DNA of 64,000 bases, from the NCBI GenBank assembly GCA_051294375.1, contig CM119269.1, positions 14,643,918 through 14,707,917 of the forward strand, given 5' to 3'. A model generated the notes under the pieces. That model did no database searches. It was not told where the DNA came from and worked only from the letters and a program-made list of their open reading frames with translations. Shown here piece after piece: positions 11,605-28,280 of the stretch (position 1 is its first letter; each line of letters starts with the position of its first letter). Origin of the DNA: Paraspadella gotoi (lineage: Eukaryota; Animalia; Chaetognatha). Position numbers and translations under genes: made by a program.

Positions 11605-14600
11605 TCATGCATAATCCGTTTCTTTGTCCCGTCTTATGTTCGCTTCTCGTTCGTCCAAACCGACTTCCTCGTCCATCCTCCTCAACAGCTCCGCTTCCCT
11701 CTCGTCGAGCAGCTTCTGCAGATCCTGGATGCGGCGCTGGTACTCGAGTCTGTGTTGGGCGTGAGTTAGGTCGAGCTTTTTCACTTTGGTCGCGTTGACG
11801 AGGAGTTTGTCGCCGACGCGGACTTTGTAGTTGCGAAGTTTCTCCTCTTTGCGGCCGACGACGGCGGATTTTCGGAGGAATTGACTCAGCATCTCTCGGC
11901 GCTCGTCGGCGTCGCGATTGAACAACTGCGCCACCGCGTTCCTCTCCAATCGAGACTTCTCCAGCTTAATGAAAAGACGCACTTAATATTTATGAATCAG
12001 GCCAGATTGCGTTTCAGTATTTCCTACGCTATACAATATACACGCTCACATGAATAGAAAGTAAATGTCAAATGTTTGCAATTTTGTCCTTACCGCTTCG
12101 CAAACTTGCTCCAAATGAAAGGCTGTGTCTTCTTGAAGCTTTTTAGTGAATAAAAACTTTTTTGTAAGCGTCCGAAATTTTTTTGACATCTTTCGGTTTT
12201 GCTCCTTATATTCGTCAGTGAGTTTTTCCTTTTCGGTCAGACTTGACGCGAGTTCGTTCAAATTCTTCCTCAGTGACGTTTTGTCTAATTCGCAGATTTT
12301 TAATTGTTCCTCCAAATTAGACATTTCCGTTGCATGTTTAGCCTTCATTTCGCCAACAAGCCTGAAGATAATAATTTTTATTACCATCTTATCTTATTAA
12401 CATTGAACATAAAATGAACAATTAAAGTTATTTTAAAGTTAAACGCAATGCACGGAGCTGCACCTTTTTAAATCCTGCAGCTCCTGAACGTGTTCCTCGA
12501 TAGCCATCTTTCCCTCATCCTCGGCCAGCACGGCGTCGTGTTTCTCCTTAAGGTCGCGGAGATCGCGTCGGAGCGCTTCTATGGTGGCATCGGCGCCGCG
12601 AAGCCGATTCTCGAGCTCGGCGGAGTCTGCCTCGAGGCGGGCCTTCTCCGCCAAAGCCGCCGCCTCGCTCGAGGTTAACTTCTCTTCTTTTAAGTTCATC
12701 TGAGTCATCAGCAGTTGATTTTCTCGGATGAGAAGCTGATTATGACCTTCGAGGACGGAGCACTCCTCGTCGACGCGCGACCGCTCCGCCTCTTGCACCC
12801 GCTCCACTCGGTCGCGCAGTCTCTCGTTGTCTTCGTCGAGCCCATCGAACTTACTTCGGAGAGAAGTCAGTTCCTGCCTGGATGATTGAGAAATGTGAGA
12901 AGTAAAGGCCTCCATCGAATTCAAGAAAGACGATAGACGTCGTGCAATGACTTCCTATTTCCTCTTTTCACCTGCAAAAAATCAAAACTTTGTCTTTTTC
13001 CCGCAGCTTTTCGTCGTAAGCAGCCAAGAGCGGAGACAAGTACTTGGTGTTGACAAGCCAGCTCGGAACGGGACCTTCGGCTTTCAATGGAGTCTTAGGG
13101 ATCGTCTCTCCCGCCTCATTTTCTCCAAGGGAATCGTGGTAGACTTGAGCCTTTCAGATATAGTGATATTTATTAATATTTGAATATAAAATTATAAATT
13201 TCGCTTAAAAAAAATAAAAGTGACGCTCTTTTGCCTCGATTCCAGTGCTTAAAACGTATCTTTGTGAAATCATAATCTAAATATTCTTTTTCCTAATAGT
13301 AATACTCTGCGAATCATCTGAGATACAAATAGTAATTGGGACTGGCTGTGGCTGAAACAACTACGTGCGTACCTGACTTAGTTCGACGCTCAGACGTTGG
13401 ATTGTTGATTGCAGAGAATGAATTTCTTTCCTCATTTCTTTGTTTTGATCTTCATAAATCATTTCTGTCGTCGCTGAAGTTAAAATTAAAATTTAAAAAA
13501 ATTATGTCGGGATCAACATTTCGTATGGTCTCGTCTTAAACATACCTTTTGCCTTGGATTCTTCCTTCAGTCTCAAGATCTTTGTCAAACGGGTCACTTC
13601 CTGACGAAGAGTCTCGTTGCTCGCTTCCAGACCCTCGATTTTGAGTTGCAAGGAGTCGAGGAAGTCTTGGGACGCCGCACGAACGAACTCCTCTGGCGAC
13701 TAACGCACAATATCTTTATCACATATCTTTACCCACTATTGATTTTAATCTAGATTTACCCTCGATCGTTGTTTTTCATCAAACTGGAACTGCATCTCTT
13801 CCATCTGTTGCGTCAATCTCTCGATTTTACGCTTTTGTTCCATTTTTTTCGCATTTAACGTCTTCAGCTGTCGCCGGAGATGACCCAATTCTTTATTTTC
13901 TGATTTTAAAAAAAATCATAGTCGATAAAGACCGGTGTGAGAATATTTGTTCGAGTTCAAATTGGAGTTTCAATGAAGTTTTAACAAATGAGTAGGAGAG
14001 AACAAAAAACCTGAATCATTTTGCAACGCTTCGACAGCTAACGCTCCTTCGCCTGTGAGAGAAGACGAAATTGGTTGAATCGACGCCTCGTGGACCGGAT
14101 CACGCCTTGGCATCGAAATTCCGACTGGTCGGTCATTCTCGTCGGAATAATCTTAAGAAAATGAGAATTAGGTAAATTATCATCGAATAGTTTAATGATT
14201 TAATTCACAAAACTTACTTCTGTCAACACCCCTGTCATCTTCGACTCCTCGACCAATCCTGTCATCTTCGACTCCTCGACCAATCCTGTCATCTTCGACT
14301 CCTCGACCAATCCTGTCATCATCGACTCCTCGTCCAATCCTTGTCGGTTTCGAGTAAATTGGTTGCGTCTGCCTCGGCGAAGCCTCCTTTCTTCGCGAAC
14401 TGCGCTTCTGAGGGCGTGGAACCGCTGGCGGCGGAGGGGGTGTCGATGGTGAGGGCGGAGGTGATTCTTGCGGTGGAGGCGGCGGAGAGGCGCTCGGCGT
14501 CCTTGAAGTGGCTCTTCGTGGAGGAGGCGGAGTTAATCTTCGTTGACGCTGGAAAAATCTCCCTTCGTCAGATCCGACCGTAGTGTAGCCTGGGTCCGAA

Positions 14601-16246
14601 TCGATGGCTGGAGAGGAGGCTTGCCGAGTTAATTGTTGAATGTACGTACAGAGTACAGACAGCATTTGTAAAAGTGAGAAACGACAACAACCAGTACTAC
14701 TAGATTTAAGTTTTTTTTTAAATTAAAATCAAACCATTACTTAAACTAGGGGTAGCCCCACTCAGTCAGTCAAAAATTTAGAATGATTACATGCTCAAAC
14801 GAAAATTTATACATTTATACATATACTTTCAATGGACAAAACATTTCTTATGTGGCTCTATACCCAAAAAATTTATTTTTTAATATTTATTTATAAATGG
14901 GAAAGGCCAAAATTTTTTGGGATAATTTTTAGATTTTAAGACCAGATTCAGATAGCTCATAAAAAGTTGTCTACACAAAGTATAATTCTTTTTTAAATAT
15001 TTTCATGATAAGTGAGTCAAAAATAAGAAAAACTGTAAAAAATCATTATCATCATCTTTCGATGATTTTATCAGTTTTTTTATATTTTCACATAGAAAAC
15101 GTAAGAATTTTTAAAAGCTATAATTATATTTCTTGTTTAACTTTTTATGCTCTATTAGAATCCATCCAAAAATTTTAAGATTTCAAAAAAAATTTTTTCT
15201 AATGTAAAAGAAGACAAGTAATATTTCACTGGGAGTGAATAAATAAGACTGTGAGAGAGTCTTGATTGAAAGCTTGCAGAAGCCTGCTATGTTATTATCT
15301 TGTAAGTGTGATGGAGGCCTTAAACCACCAAAGCCTGTCCAAAGTCAGGGACAAGATAGCTTATTTATTAAATGAATGGATAATTTTTATATTGGTTGTA
15401 CCAATTTCATTTAATGTATTAATCAAGACGTATAATGTAATTTTTTTTTTGAAAATGATTGCTTAAATATTTAGTCAAGACAACTAAAAATACTTTGCTA
15501 ATAGTCGAAATTTTATATTATCTCTGGAGTTGGTCCCTATTTAAACGTAATGTATACTGAGCAAGGCGGCTTCGACTATTCACTTTATAAATTATAAGGT
15601 TTTGCTTCTTTTCACCTTCATCGTATTCGTTTTCTTCTTGGGGAAGCGTCATCCCCGTGTCTCCTAAACCACTCGACCGCAAACTCTCCGCCAAACCGTG
15701 ACTTGGATCGGAACCTTGAAGCACATGATGATTACGGCCCATATTATGGCTCAACTTTAAGATGGCTCTCTTGGAATTTAGTTACCTCCGATGGATCTTG
15801 ACAAATTCGAGGCCCCAACCAGTGCACCGTACAAGGGCGAGGTTTTCAAGTGTGGCTGCGTTCCAAACAGAAATGTGACTCTAATATGGGAATATTGTAC
15901 AACTAAAGGAGAAAAATATATGCAAACCTGATTTTTGGAATCTGGAACGGGAACGGGCGTCGATGGAACGGCAATGAGGGACGCCGATGGAAACAATCCT
16001 GACGCGATATGACTCTGAACATTCGATAATAAATTCGAATATTGAGTTATTAAATGTAAGATGTGATTATAGTTTAAACTTTGTGAATGATTACGAATCC
16101 TAATAAGACTTAACAGAAAAGTGAAAATTATAAATGTAACGTAACATGATAATCACAACTTATTACCGATTATTATTTCTTATACCAATATTTCATACTT
16201 AGCGAAATAAAATACCCACCAAGTTGGACGGTTTTCCTTTTTTCAT
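11605..16246 (-). CDS. CEP89: Centrosomal/distal-appendage coiled-coil protein CEP89 (CCDC123), multi-exon; ATG at 16246, last exon 11964-11605
   Basis: Resembles CEP89 as I recall it at several separate blocks: HIASGLFPSASLIAVPSTP, QRLSVELS, GPVPSWLVNTKYLSPLLAAYDEKLREKD and GRKEEKLRNYK, plus long coiled coils. Confidence 0.88.
14232..14339 (-). repeat. Coding 27-bp tandem repeat x4 (RIGRGVEDD) in a CEP89 exon
   Basis: ctgtcatcttcgactcctcgaccaatc repeated four times with few changes. Confidence 0.9.
14910..15200. mobile_element. Degenerate AT-rich foldback/MITE in a CEP89 intron
   Basis: Imperfect inverted arms, e.g. cataaaaagtt / aactttttatg and aaaaactg..aaaatcat / atgatttt..cagttttt. Confidence 0.45.
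15247..15410 (+). mobile_element. 5'-truncated copy of a dispersed SINE-like repeat
   Basis: Shares the body ...AAAGTCAGGG.CAAGATAGCTTATTTATTAAATGAATGGATAATTTTTATATTGGTTGTACCAATTTCAT with copies at ~21.1, 28.8, 34.7, 45.6 and 55.5 kb. Confidence 0.8.
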
Positions 16247-16393
16247 TGTCACTCGTCATTGGAAACTCGAGCGCCCTATTTTATTACAATAATTTCTTGT
16301 TAAATCTTTCATTATCAAAAAAATAACCGCATTAACGAAATAACGTTATTAACTTGCAAGGCTTTTTTCCTCGAGCTCAGCAGTTATTTTGGA

Positions 16394-16407
16394 GTAACCA
16401 TGGAAAT
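16394..16407. promoter_or_regulatory. RFX X-box upstream of CEP89
   Basis: GTAACCATGGAAAT is one mismatch from GTHNYYATRRNAAC, about 150 bp upstream of the ATG of a ciliary gene. Confidence 0.65.
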
Positions 16408-16657
16408 GATGGCGAAAAAAAAACAAAAGACTCTACCGTCTACTGTTCGGAAAAGAGTTGAAATTTGAGTTAATAATAATATGAATACAAATTGGTATAA
16501 GCTACTAAAGGCACTATGTGTATATTGTATAACGGCACGGAATATTCAATTGAATATAATTACGTATTTACTCAAACAACAGCTGTACAAATCCTGTCAA
16601 TTTATATCCGTTAAAAAATGATTCACAATTTTGTCACATGGATGAAAATTTAACTCG

Positions 16658-16733
16658 TAGAATTGGGTAAAAGCAAAATTTAATAGGTTTATATTTTTAT
16701 AAACCTATTAAATTTTGCGTTTACCCAATTCTA
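16658..16733. repeat. Near-perfect palindrome (MITE-like), ~36-bp arms
   Basis: tagaattgggtaaa(a)gcaaaatttaataggtttata-tttt-tataaacctattaaattttgc(g)tttacccaattcta. Confidence 0.85.
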
Positions 16734-17924
16734 TATAAATATAATCGTGTGAAATGTTTTTTAAAAAAAATGATTGTGCTTTATTGATTTAACTTTTTGG
16801 TAGTGGTAAGTGAAAACACGGTTAACCTATAACCACCACAAAAACTCACAATATCGATTACTAAAACTAATAGCTACATACCCCAAGACTTTTACCCTTA
16901 AACCTAAAGCCTAAAGGTCACGGTTGGTCGATTTACAATCCGGATCTCGGTTTTAGCCACGAGGCTCTCGATAGTCTTGATAGTACATCGTAACGACTTT
17001 GCGGTTTCAGGTGGAGACTTAATTTGGATGACGGAATCTTCTCTACGACGAAGGCTTTTCATGTAGCGAGGGTCCGCCGAGGAAATTACGACACTGGCTC
17101 AAAGCAAGGAAATGCTCAATTAGCTTTTTTTTCCCTTCATTCATATCCAAAATCGTTAGGATGCGTCGATTTCAATGCATGCTGTAAAAATTCTGTAACT
17201 AGAGTCAAAGTTTAAAGAAGTTTTTATCACTAAGTTTTGTCCATTTAAAAAAAAGAGAGATTAAATAATTTACGATTTAATTTTAAGTATAATTAGTTCG
17301 TACTACTAAGAATGAATCTTTGTTACAAATTCTATATTAAAATGACTAAAATTTCTATTTAAACTACATTAAAACTTAAAACTGCTCGAACCCAATCGGC
17401 AGTAAACAAAAGATAAAAACCTAAAAAAAAGAATGCTTAATTCTGTATTGTTTAAGATGCTAGACGACAATAACAAAGGATGATGGTGATGACGGTTGAC
17501 GCGTGGCGTCCGCCTCGATGAGTTCGAAAAGCGTGGACCGAAAATCGTCAGACTGGAACCGAACGCGTTCTCGTCTCGAGATTGTTGGCGCGCTCCGATG
17601 AGGTCTATAAAACATTCACTAATCCCTATACTTTTCTTCCCGGACGGTGTCATCAGTTTCATTGAAGACAATTATTGATTTTCAATAAGAGTAATAAATT
17701 TTCATCGTTTTTTTTACAATTTAACTATATTCAGGAATTATATATCTTTTTTTTCTTTATTAATTAAATTAAATTAAGTATACAAGCAATGATCAATTAA
17801 TACTCAACATTGTTCAAATCATATCATCTAACATTTTATTCGCCAATTACCATTCACCAATTACCACATTTGCTCATAGTACTAGAAGCGTTTGAATATG
17901 ATATTCTCTTCTAAATTTAAACCG

Positions 17925-18115
17925 TTTTTAGTTGCGCCGCGAGTATTCGCGGAGCAACTCTATAAGTCACTTTTCGGTCTGTCGGTCTGTCAGTCCGTCG
18001 GTATGTCTGTCCATTGGTCTGTCCCACTTACATTAAAAACGTTTATAACTTGTTTATCGTTTATTGCTCATTTGTTAAAAATCAAATCTACTACTGGCGC
18101 CGCCTTTTGTTTTTA
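17925..18115 (+). mobile_element. Helentron-associated non-autonomous element (HINE/DINE-1-like)
   Basis: TTTTT-AGTTGC..hairpin..GCAACT-CTATAAGTCAC followed by a (GTCY)n-type microsatellite; ends in a T-run. Confidence 0.55.
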
Positions 18116-18798
18116 AAGAAAAGATAAGTAAAAAGAAAATTAATGCGGCGCAACACCTTGGAATCACCGTTCCATGTTTATTTTCGATCCCTTTTTCGAA
18201 AATTAAATCGAAATTTCATTTATCAATTAATGAGCGAATTGAACCGTGAATTCTAATTATATCCTTTGTTACCTTACCTTTTCCTTACCGGTTCAGCGAA
18301 AGGGGTTTTTCTTTATCTCTTTCTTTATTCGGCGCCTAATCGTCCGAGAGACTCGACGATTCTTCTATCGGGACTCCTTATCTCCTCAGTCTTTTAAGAA
18401 AGAGGAAAACCGCAAATATTCACTCTTCTTTGAGTTAAGATCAACAAAAAAAAACGTGAAAATATAAATAGGTTAAAATAATAATTATACTTTAAAAAAA
18501 TTAGGATTTATAAATGGTTTACAAAATTTGATATTGTAGTCGGTTATTAAGTACTAACATATCAAAATAACTGAAAAACCGAATTAAATTATTTCTTTAT
18601 AATTATTAATGTTTTTTAAAATTTTTAATGAATCATCTTAATGCGGGGGCGGACGAACAAAGAGGCGACTTTAAGTTTAACCGTTTCGTCTGAAAGCGAA
18701 ACAGAAAACGTGAAAAGCGAAAGAAAGAAAATAAAATTAAGAAAGAAGGAAAAGATCGACGAGGCGAAGTTTGGGGATCGGACGAGGATAAGAGGGTT

Positions 18799-18831
<33 letters not shown>

Positions 18832-19288
18832 AGGCAGCACCGGCGGCAACTTTCACAATTTAAAGTTGAAGGAAAGCGTGATGTCATTGGCGCCTTTTAT
18901 CCTGTGTCGGCAAAAAGAAACGTTTGTTTTGTGTAAACAAAATTTCTTACCGTTTTAATGTATAAAAATATTATTTTTTAACATCAAATGTTTTAATCCT
19001 TGAATTTGTTTAATTAATAACCTAATACGAATGGTCGCCCCTTTTCCAGCCCCGATTTTTGTATCTTCTTCCCAATTGCCTCCCCAGGGCGGCGATTGTT
19101 CTCTTGTTTCCGTTTCCTGTTTTTTTCTCCGAAATTTTTATTCTCGTCAAATTTCAAATTTCGCCCTTTCCGACTTTTTTTTCCTTCGGACTTTTTGACT
19201 TCCGTCGCAATCAGGCGCTGACGCGTTTTTGCGGTTTTATTTTTCACGGAAAAGAAAGAATAAAAACTCGTTTTGATGTGCAACAATT

Positions 19289-19320
<32 letters not shown>

Positions 19321-20994
19321 AGGGTTTCCTTTTTGGTCCGGTTTTTTGTACTAATGATGATATTATAAAATTTATAAGAAATAAAATATCAACAATCTAA
19401 ATGACGTTTAAGTGTAATATTGTGTTATGTGTATGTAAAAGTTGTGATTGAGTTTTAAAAAAAGCTTAGAATAAAAAGTAGGAAAGTAGCGAATTACGAT
19501 AGGGGAATGATTGATCAAGCAAGACTTTTCAAGTGATTCAATTGAACATATCATACAGATTTATAATCTCATAAACTTCTCAGAGCTTCAAGTTTAAAAA
19601 ATCATTGTCGAATTACTTAGTATTTGAGTATTGTATAAGTATTGCAAACGTAGGGTGTTATTTTGATTTTTTTTTAAAAATAAGCCTTTGAAAACCTTTC
19701 CCAATCCGTGCAAGCTTTTCCTTCTCCAGTGAAGGCGCGTTCCTTGACACCAGAATCAAGATTATTACACCTTCGCTTCATTAGTTTTTTTAACTAACTT
19801 TTTTTTTGGGTTCCGTTTGACCAAAATTTGCGATTGGCCCTAAGGCCGACTTCACATACGACGCGAGATTCTCATTGGTTGCATTCGCGATATTTGATTG
19901 GCTACCGTTCACGCTTTGCTTCTTCTTCGTTCAAGTCAAATCACCGAAAGGCTTCCGTTATAAAATAAGTAATTAATATTAAACTAAAACTTAGTCATTC
20001 ACTGATCATTTGAGATCGAAGTTGTTGCTGTCTAAAAGAGTTTGTAATATGATATTTTGTTAAGAAGTAATTTTGAAGTATAAATGTTTTGCCAATATCT
20101 TCGTTTGCGTCATCTCTAGTTTTTTTTTCTTCTCTGTGTCTAATCTCTTTTGGGTGACGCGTTTTTAATCCCCCTGAAGTCGTCGTTGTTGTTGTCGTCG
20201 TCGTTTTCATTTCCAACTCGATGTTTTTCTTGGTTTCATTAATTGACAAGAATATCGTCACCTCAACTTGAGACAAAATTTGGGTCCCCGTTGGTGCCAT
20301 CGCTCGATCTGTAATTCTGTAATTATATATCAGTCTATTTAGTATAAATCATTCTTCCCTGTAGATCCGCACCTCTCCTAAGTGTAGCTGGGGTTAAGTT
20401 ACATAAAAGATTGAATGACTTATTTATTGTATTTTGGAGCTGAGTTGAATAATCTGTGTATGCCGTATTCTCTGCAGATTTGTTATAACGATTGGTTGTT
20501 ACAAAATGTTATTTAACTACAAAAATTATAATTTCGTATTAAATCATCATTTAATCATCAATAATGTACATAAAAGAGAACTTAAAAAATTAAATTAATA
20601 AAAAGTAATTAAACCTTTAAAAAAATCACTTCCTGCTCACAATTTGCCCCCCGGTGACAAGGGACGGGACCCCGGCGGCTCCCGGGAGGAAGATAAAACG
20701 AAAGGGTGGCATGGCCGACGACGACGACGATGACGACGACGACACGATTACGACGACGACGATAGTCAGAACGAGAGATCTGCAGTCTCTAACTCTATCA
20801 CTGGTGTATGTTTGTATAGAAAAGATCAAATTATCTTGCTTCCTAAAATATCTGTTTTTATTTGTATTTCATTAAATTTTACTTCAAACCAAACTAAACT
20901 AAATTAGTTCACATCAAAGGGAGTGCTTCTTTCATACAATCCAACAATTTTTTAAAAAAATTAAGCCACTTCATTGATTGGAAAGTGAGGTGGC

Positions 20995-21156
20995 CAGTCT
21001 GTGAGTTAGACTTGAGAGAAAGCTTTTAGGGTCCTGCTTCGCATTTTATTAACTAATAGTAAGAGGGATAAAGGCCTTAACTCGCCTTTGCCTGTCCAAG
21101 TGTTCATTGTCCAATGTCAGGGGCAATATAGCTTATTTATTAAAATGAATGGATAA
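20995..21156 (+). mobile_element. Diverged copy of the SINE-like repeat
   Basis: GCCTGTCCAA..GTCAGGGGCAATATAGCTTATTTATTAAAATGAATGGATAAT followed by a short (ATT)n. Confidence 0.7.
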
Positions 21157-21615
21157 TGATTATTATTATTACACGAATACAGGGAAAAAATCCCGGAGCG
21201 TTTCACTTTGTGACCGTGAATATAAAAAAAAGGGATAACGATATTAACGATAACGAGGATAATTTCGGAGGAGGGAATGATTCGGATCCTTCAAAAAAAA
21301 AAAAGAGTTTCTTCTTTTATGGGAGCGAACGTCATTGAGTCATCGTCGTCGTCAGCGTCGTCGTCGTCGTCGTCGTCGCCCGTTAAATTTTGCCTCGAAA
21401 GAGGAAAAAAAAGAAAGAAAACCGCAAAAAAACATCTTCGCTGAGAAACAGTTTCGACAATCTCGTCCACGTTTTGTTTTCATCTTTTTTTTTTTCAAAA
21501 CTTTTTTTCCACACTTTTGATGAGAGTCACGAAAATCATAATTATTTCGTTAAAAATTAAATTGACGCTCAGACAAATCCCACGTGCGTCGACGCAAATG
21601 ACCGAGAATAAATAC

Positions 21616-21767
21616 TGCTGCTTTTTTGATTTGCAAATTCATGAGAGGACAGTGTCTCTTTATTATATTTATATATTTATATATATATTTATTTATATCT
21701 AAATATTGCTGCGTTTTTGATTTGCAAATTCATGAGAGGACAGTGTCTCTTTATTATATTTATATTT
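21616..21767. repeat. Local ~60-bp direct duplication
   Basis: tgctgc.tttttgatttgcaaattcatgagaggacagtgtctctttattatatttatat occurs at ~21616 and ~21707. Confidence 0.85.
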
Positions 21768-22689
21768 AACGAAAACAAACCTCGAATTTTGACAACTTTT
21801 CATGGACCGCTCGCTTTACGCCAAGTAAGCAACGTCTATATTTTTATATTCCCATCCAAAAACGTCTTCTCTTTTTCGATTTGTATTTACTGAACCATCG
21901 CTTTTTATTGCTCTTGATCGCAGTTTGGACGCCAAATTCCCGTTGATTTCATCACGACAGCTCTCTTAACCTCTTGGGCCTATCCCATCAATTTTTTTTA
22001 TCAGTATTTCTTATACTTTGCTAGAGTCACCTTATTTGCCATGCTTTCTGCTTATCCTCTGCTTTTTTAAATCGTCATCGATGTCTTAATTTTCCTCATC
22101 TTTGCTTATACTAAATTATCTTAGCTTCGCCATCCCGTACCTCATTGATTGCTCATTGTGAGTTTTTATGTTTTCTTAAAAATGATTTACGAATATTTTC
22201 AATTTTTTCTGTCGAAAATAAAATTATAAACTCTATATCCTCATTATGTTTATTTTTATTTCGTTACTAATCTTTTTTATTTTAAAATGACTACCAGCAT
22301 AATCGGACCAGCATCTTCCAGACTTTTCTCGATTTGTTTTTCCATAAAAGTTTTTTTCTTAAAAGAAAATAGATTTAATGTTTTGAAAACTCCCTTTGAT
22401 TCTTGACAAAACATCCAAAAATCGAAATTGATAATTTTTCCTTGTTTTTTTCTTTACGTCGTACGTAATATTAGCTATTTTTCTCTTTCCTTTTTTTGCG
22501 GTTGAAAACTCGAATAAAAATTACATGATTAATGATTGAGGCCTTATTACCTTTTTCTTTAATATATTTTTTGACGATTTGATTTAAGGCGGTGAATTCA
22601 CGGGACGGGGGAACGGACCAATGGAAGGCCGATGTCACGGAAAATCGACCAATAGGATATTGGCCATGACGCCCGCATTACAATGAACG

Positions 22690-26222
<3,533 letters not shown>

Positions 26223-26293
26223 GTTGACCGCTTTTGTCCAACGCTGACCGTCTTTCTTTCTTTCTTTCTTTCTTTCTTTTCTTTCTTCTTTCT

Positions 26294-26333
<40 letters not shown>

Positions 26334-27826
26334 TTTCCTTCGCTTCATTTCGCCCTCTGTTCGTCTTCCGTTCGTCTTCACTTTGCCTTTTGTTCCCTTT
26401 CCGTTCGTCCTCCGTTCTCTTTCCGTTTACCTTCCGTTCGCTTTCCTTTCGCCTCGCGTTCGTCTTTTGTTTACCTTCCTTTCGCCTTCCGTTCGCCTTC
26501 CGTTCGCCTTCCGTTCGCCTTCCGTTCGCCTTCCGTTCGCCTTCCGTTCGTCTTTTGTTTACCTTCCTTTCGCCTTCCGTTCGCGATCCGTTCGCGTCAA
26601 AGATCCGATTTTTTCCTTTCTGCGCTTTTTTCTGTCGAAATTGGATGTGACACGTGACTGGCAGAAACGAACGAAAAACTTGCAAGTTTTAATCTTAATA
26701 TTTGTAGCTGAATTTATCCTTTGAGTTGGAGTTATTGAAAAGTAGTGAGAAACACGTACTCCTACTATGACAACGTGCAGTCGTTATCTAGTAATTAGAT
26801 CCCGATTTTAATTCCCTCCAAATTTCGATCCCAACATGAGAATCCTCATTCTGGTCACGTGACTTTTTCTGACCCACAAACATTTTATTTCTCTAATCTT
26901 TTTTTTGGGGGGGGACCACGGAAAGAGCGTTTTAGTTTATCATTCCGCCACTTGGCGCTGAAGAGGACGATACCGACCGGAGATTGGATCTACAACCAAT
27001 CTACATTTAATCATGGAATCCAAAATAATTTATGATTAAATTTCTTTGGCTAATATTCCAAATTTTTGTTTTATCTTATACATCGAAATAATCACTGGTT
27101 TGTGCAAATTAGAAAAATTGAATGGTAAATTGGATCGAGATATGAATTAGATTGTATTGACATTTGTTTGACCTTTGGTTAACACTTATAAGACATTTAA
27201 CAAGCATTTGCTCAATTTTTTTCCTTTTTTCGTTCTTAACACCTCACCCTTTTCTCCGTTATCAAAATATACTCGCATATTACATTTCTTCTGGTGTATG
27301 CAATGACGTTGAAACAATTCCATTAGATTTGTTTTTCCTACGCCTCGAGTAGCACTGTGAGCCGTTTGTTGTTAACGCGAATTTTAAATCATTGCCTGTC
27401 TTAATGTCAAGGTGAGTCGTCTTCGGGGTTCTCTTCGTCGTCGTCGTCGTCGTCGTCGTCCTCGTTTTTATCTTACATCGCATTCGCGTCTTTATTTGAA
27501 GTAAAAAAAAGAAAATGAAAAAAAATTGTTCCACCTGCTATTGTCGTATCGTCATCATCGTCGTCGTCATCGTCTACGTCGTCTTCTTCGTGGTCGTCGT
27601 CGTCGTCGTCTTCGTCGTTTCGTGATAAAAATCCTCGTCAAATCGATGCGAAATCAAAAGAAAGAAAAAAGTGAAGCTTGGATTCACGTGAAGTGATTTT
27701 GGTGGAAAAAGAAAAGAAGAATCGAAGATCGAGGATCGTCTGAGATCGAAAGCCTCAAAGGAGGAAAACAAAAGGGAAAGGGGATAAAAGGGAACTCCAC
27801 TTGAGGTAGAACATGACAATAGAGTG

Positions 27827-27899
<73 letters not shown>

Positions 27900-28280
27900 A
27901 TAAATTGGACGGTTAGAGAGGAAGGAAGGAATTACGCGCTTTTGATTTTTAATTTTGGGTTAGAGAAAAACCATAAAAACCTAAAAACCTAAAAAACTCG
28001 TACTTTTGTTCATTTCCGGTTTTTTCTATAATTTTTGTTCTCTTCACTAATATCGCGTTTCTATTATTATTTTCCCCCCCTCTCCTCTTATCTACATCTT
28101 TTTCCATGCCAGTGGCGTGTGATGGAAATTATTCAAAACGTCCGTTTCCGCGTTAAAGATTCCGATCTTAAAACTTGGCCATTTACTCTTCGCGCTCAAT
28201 CTCTTACATTTCCGGAAAATTTTGCCGGAAAACAACAAGAGTGACTCCGCCGGTTATTTTGCCGACATTTTGTCGTCTTC

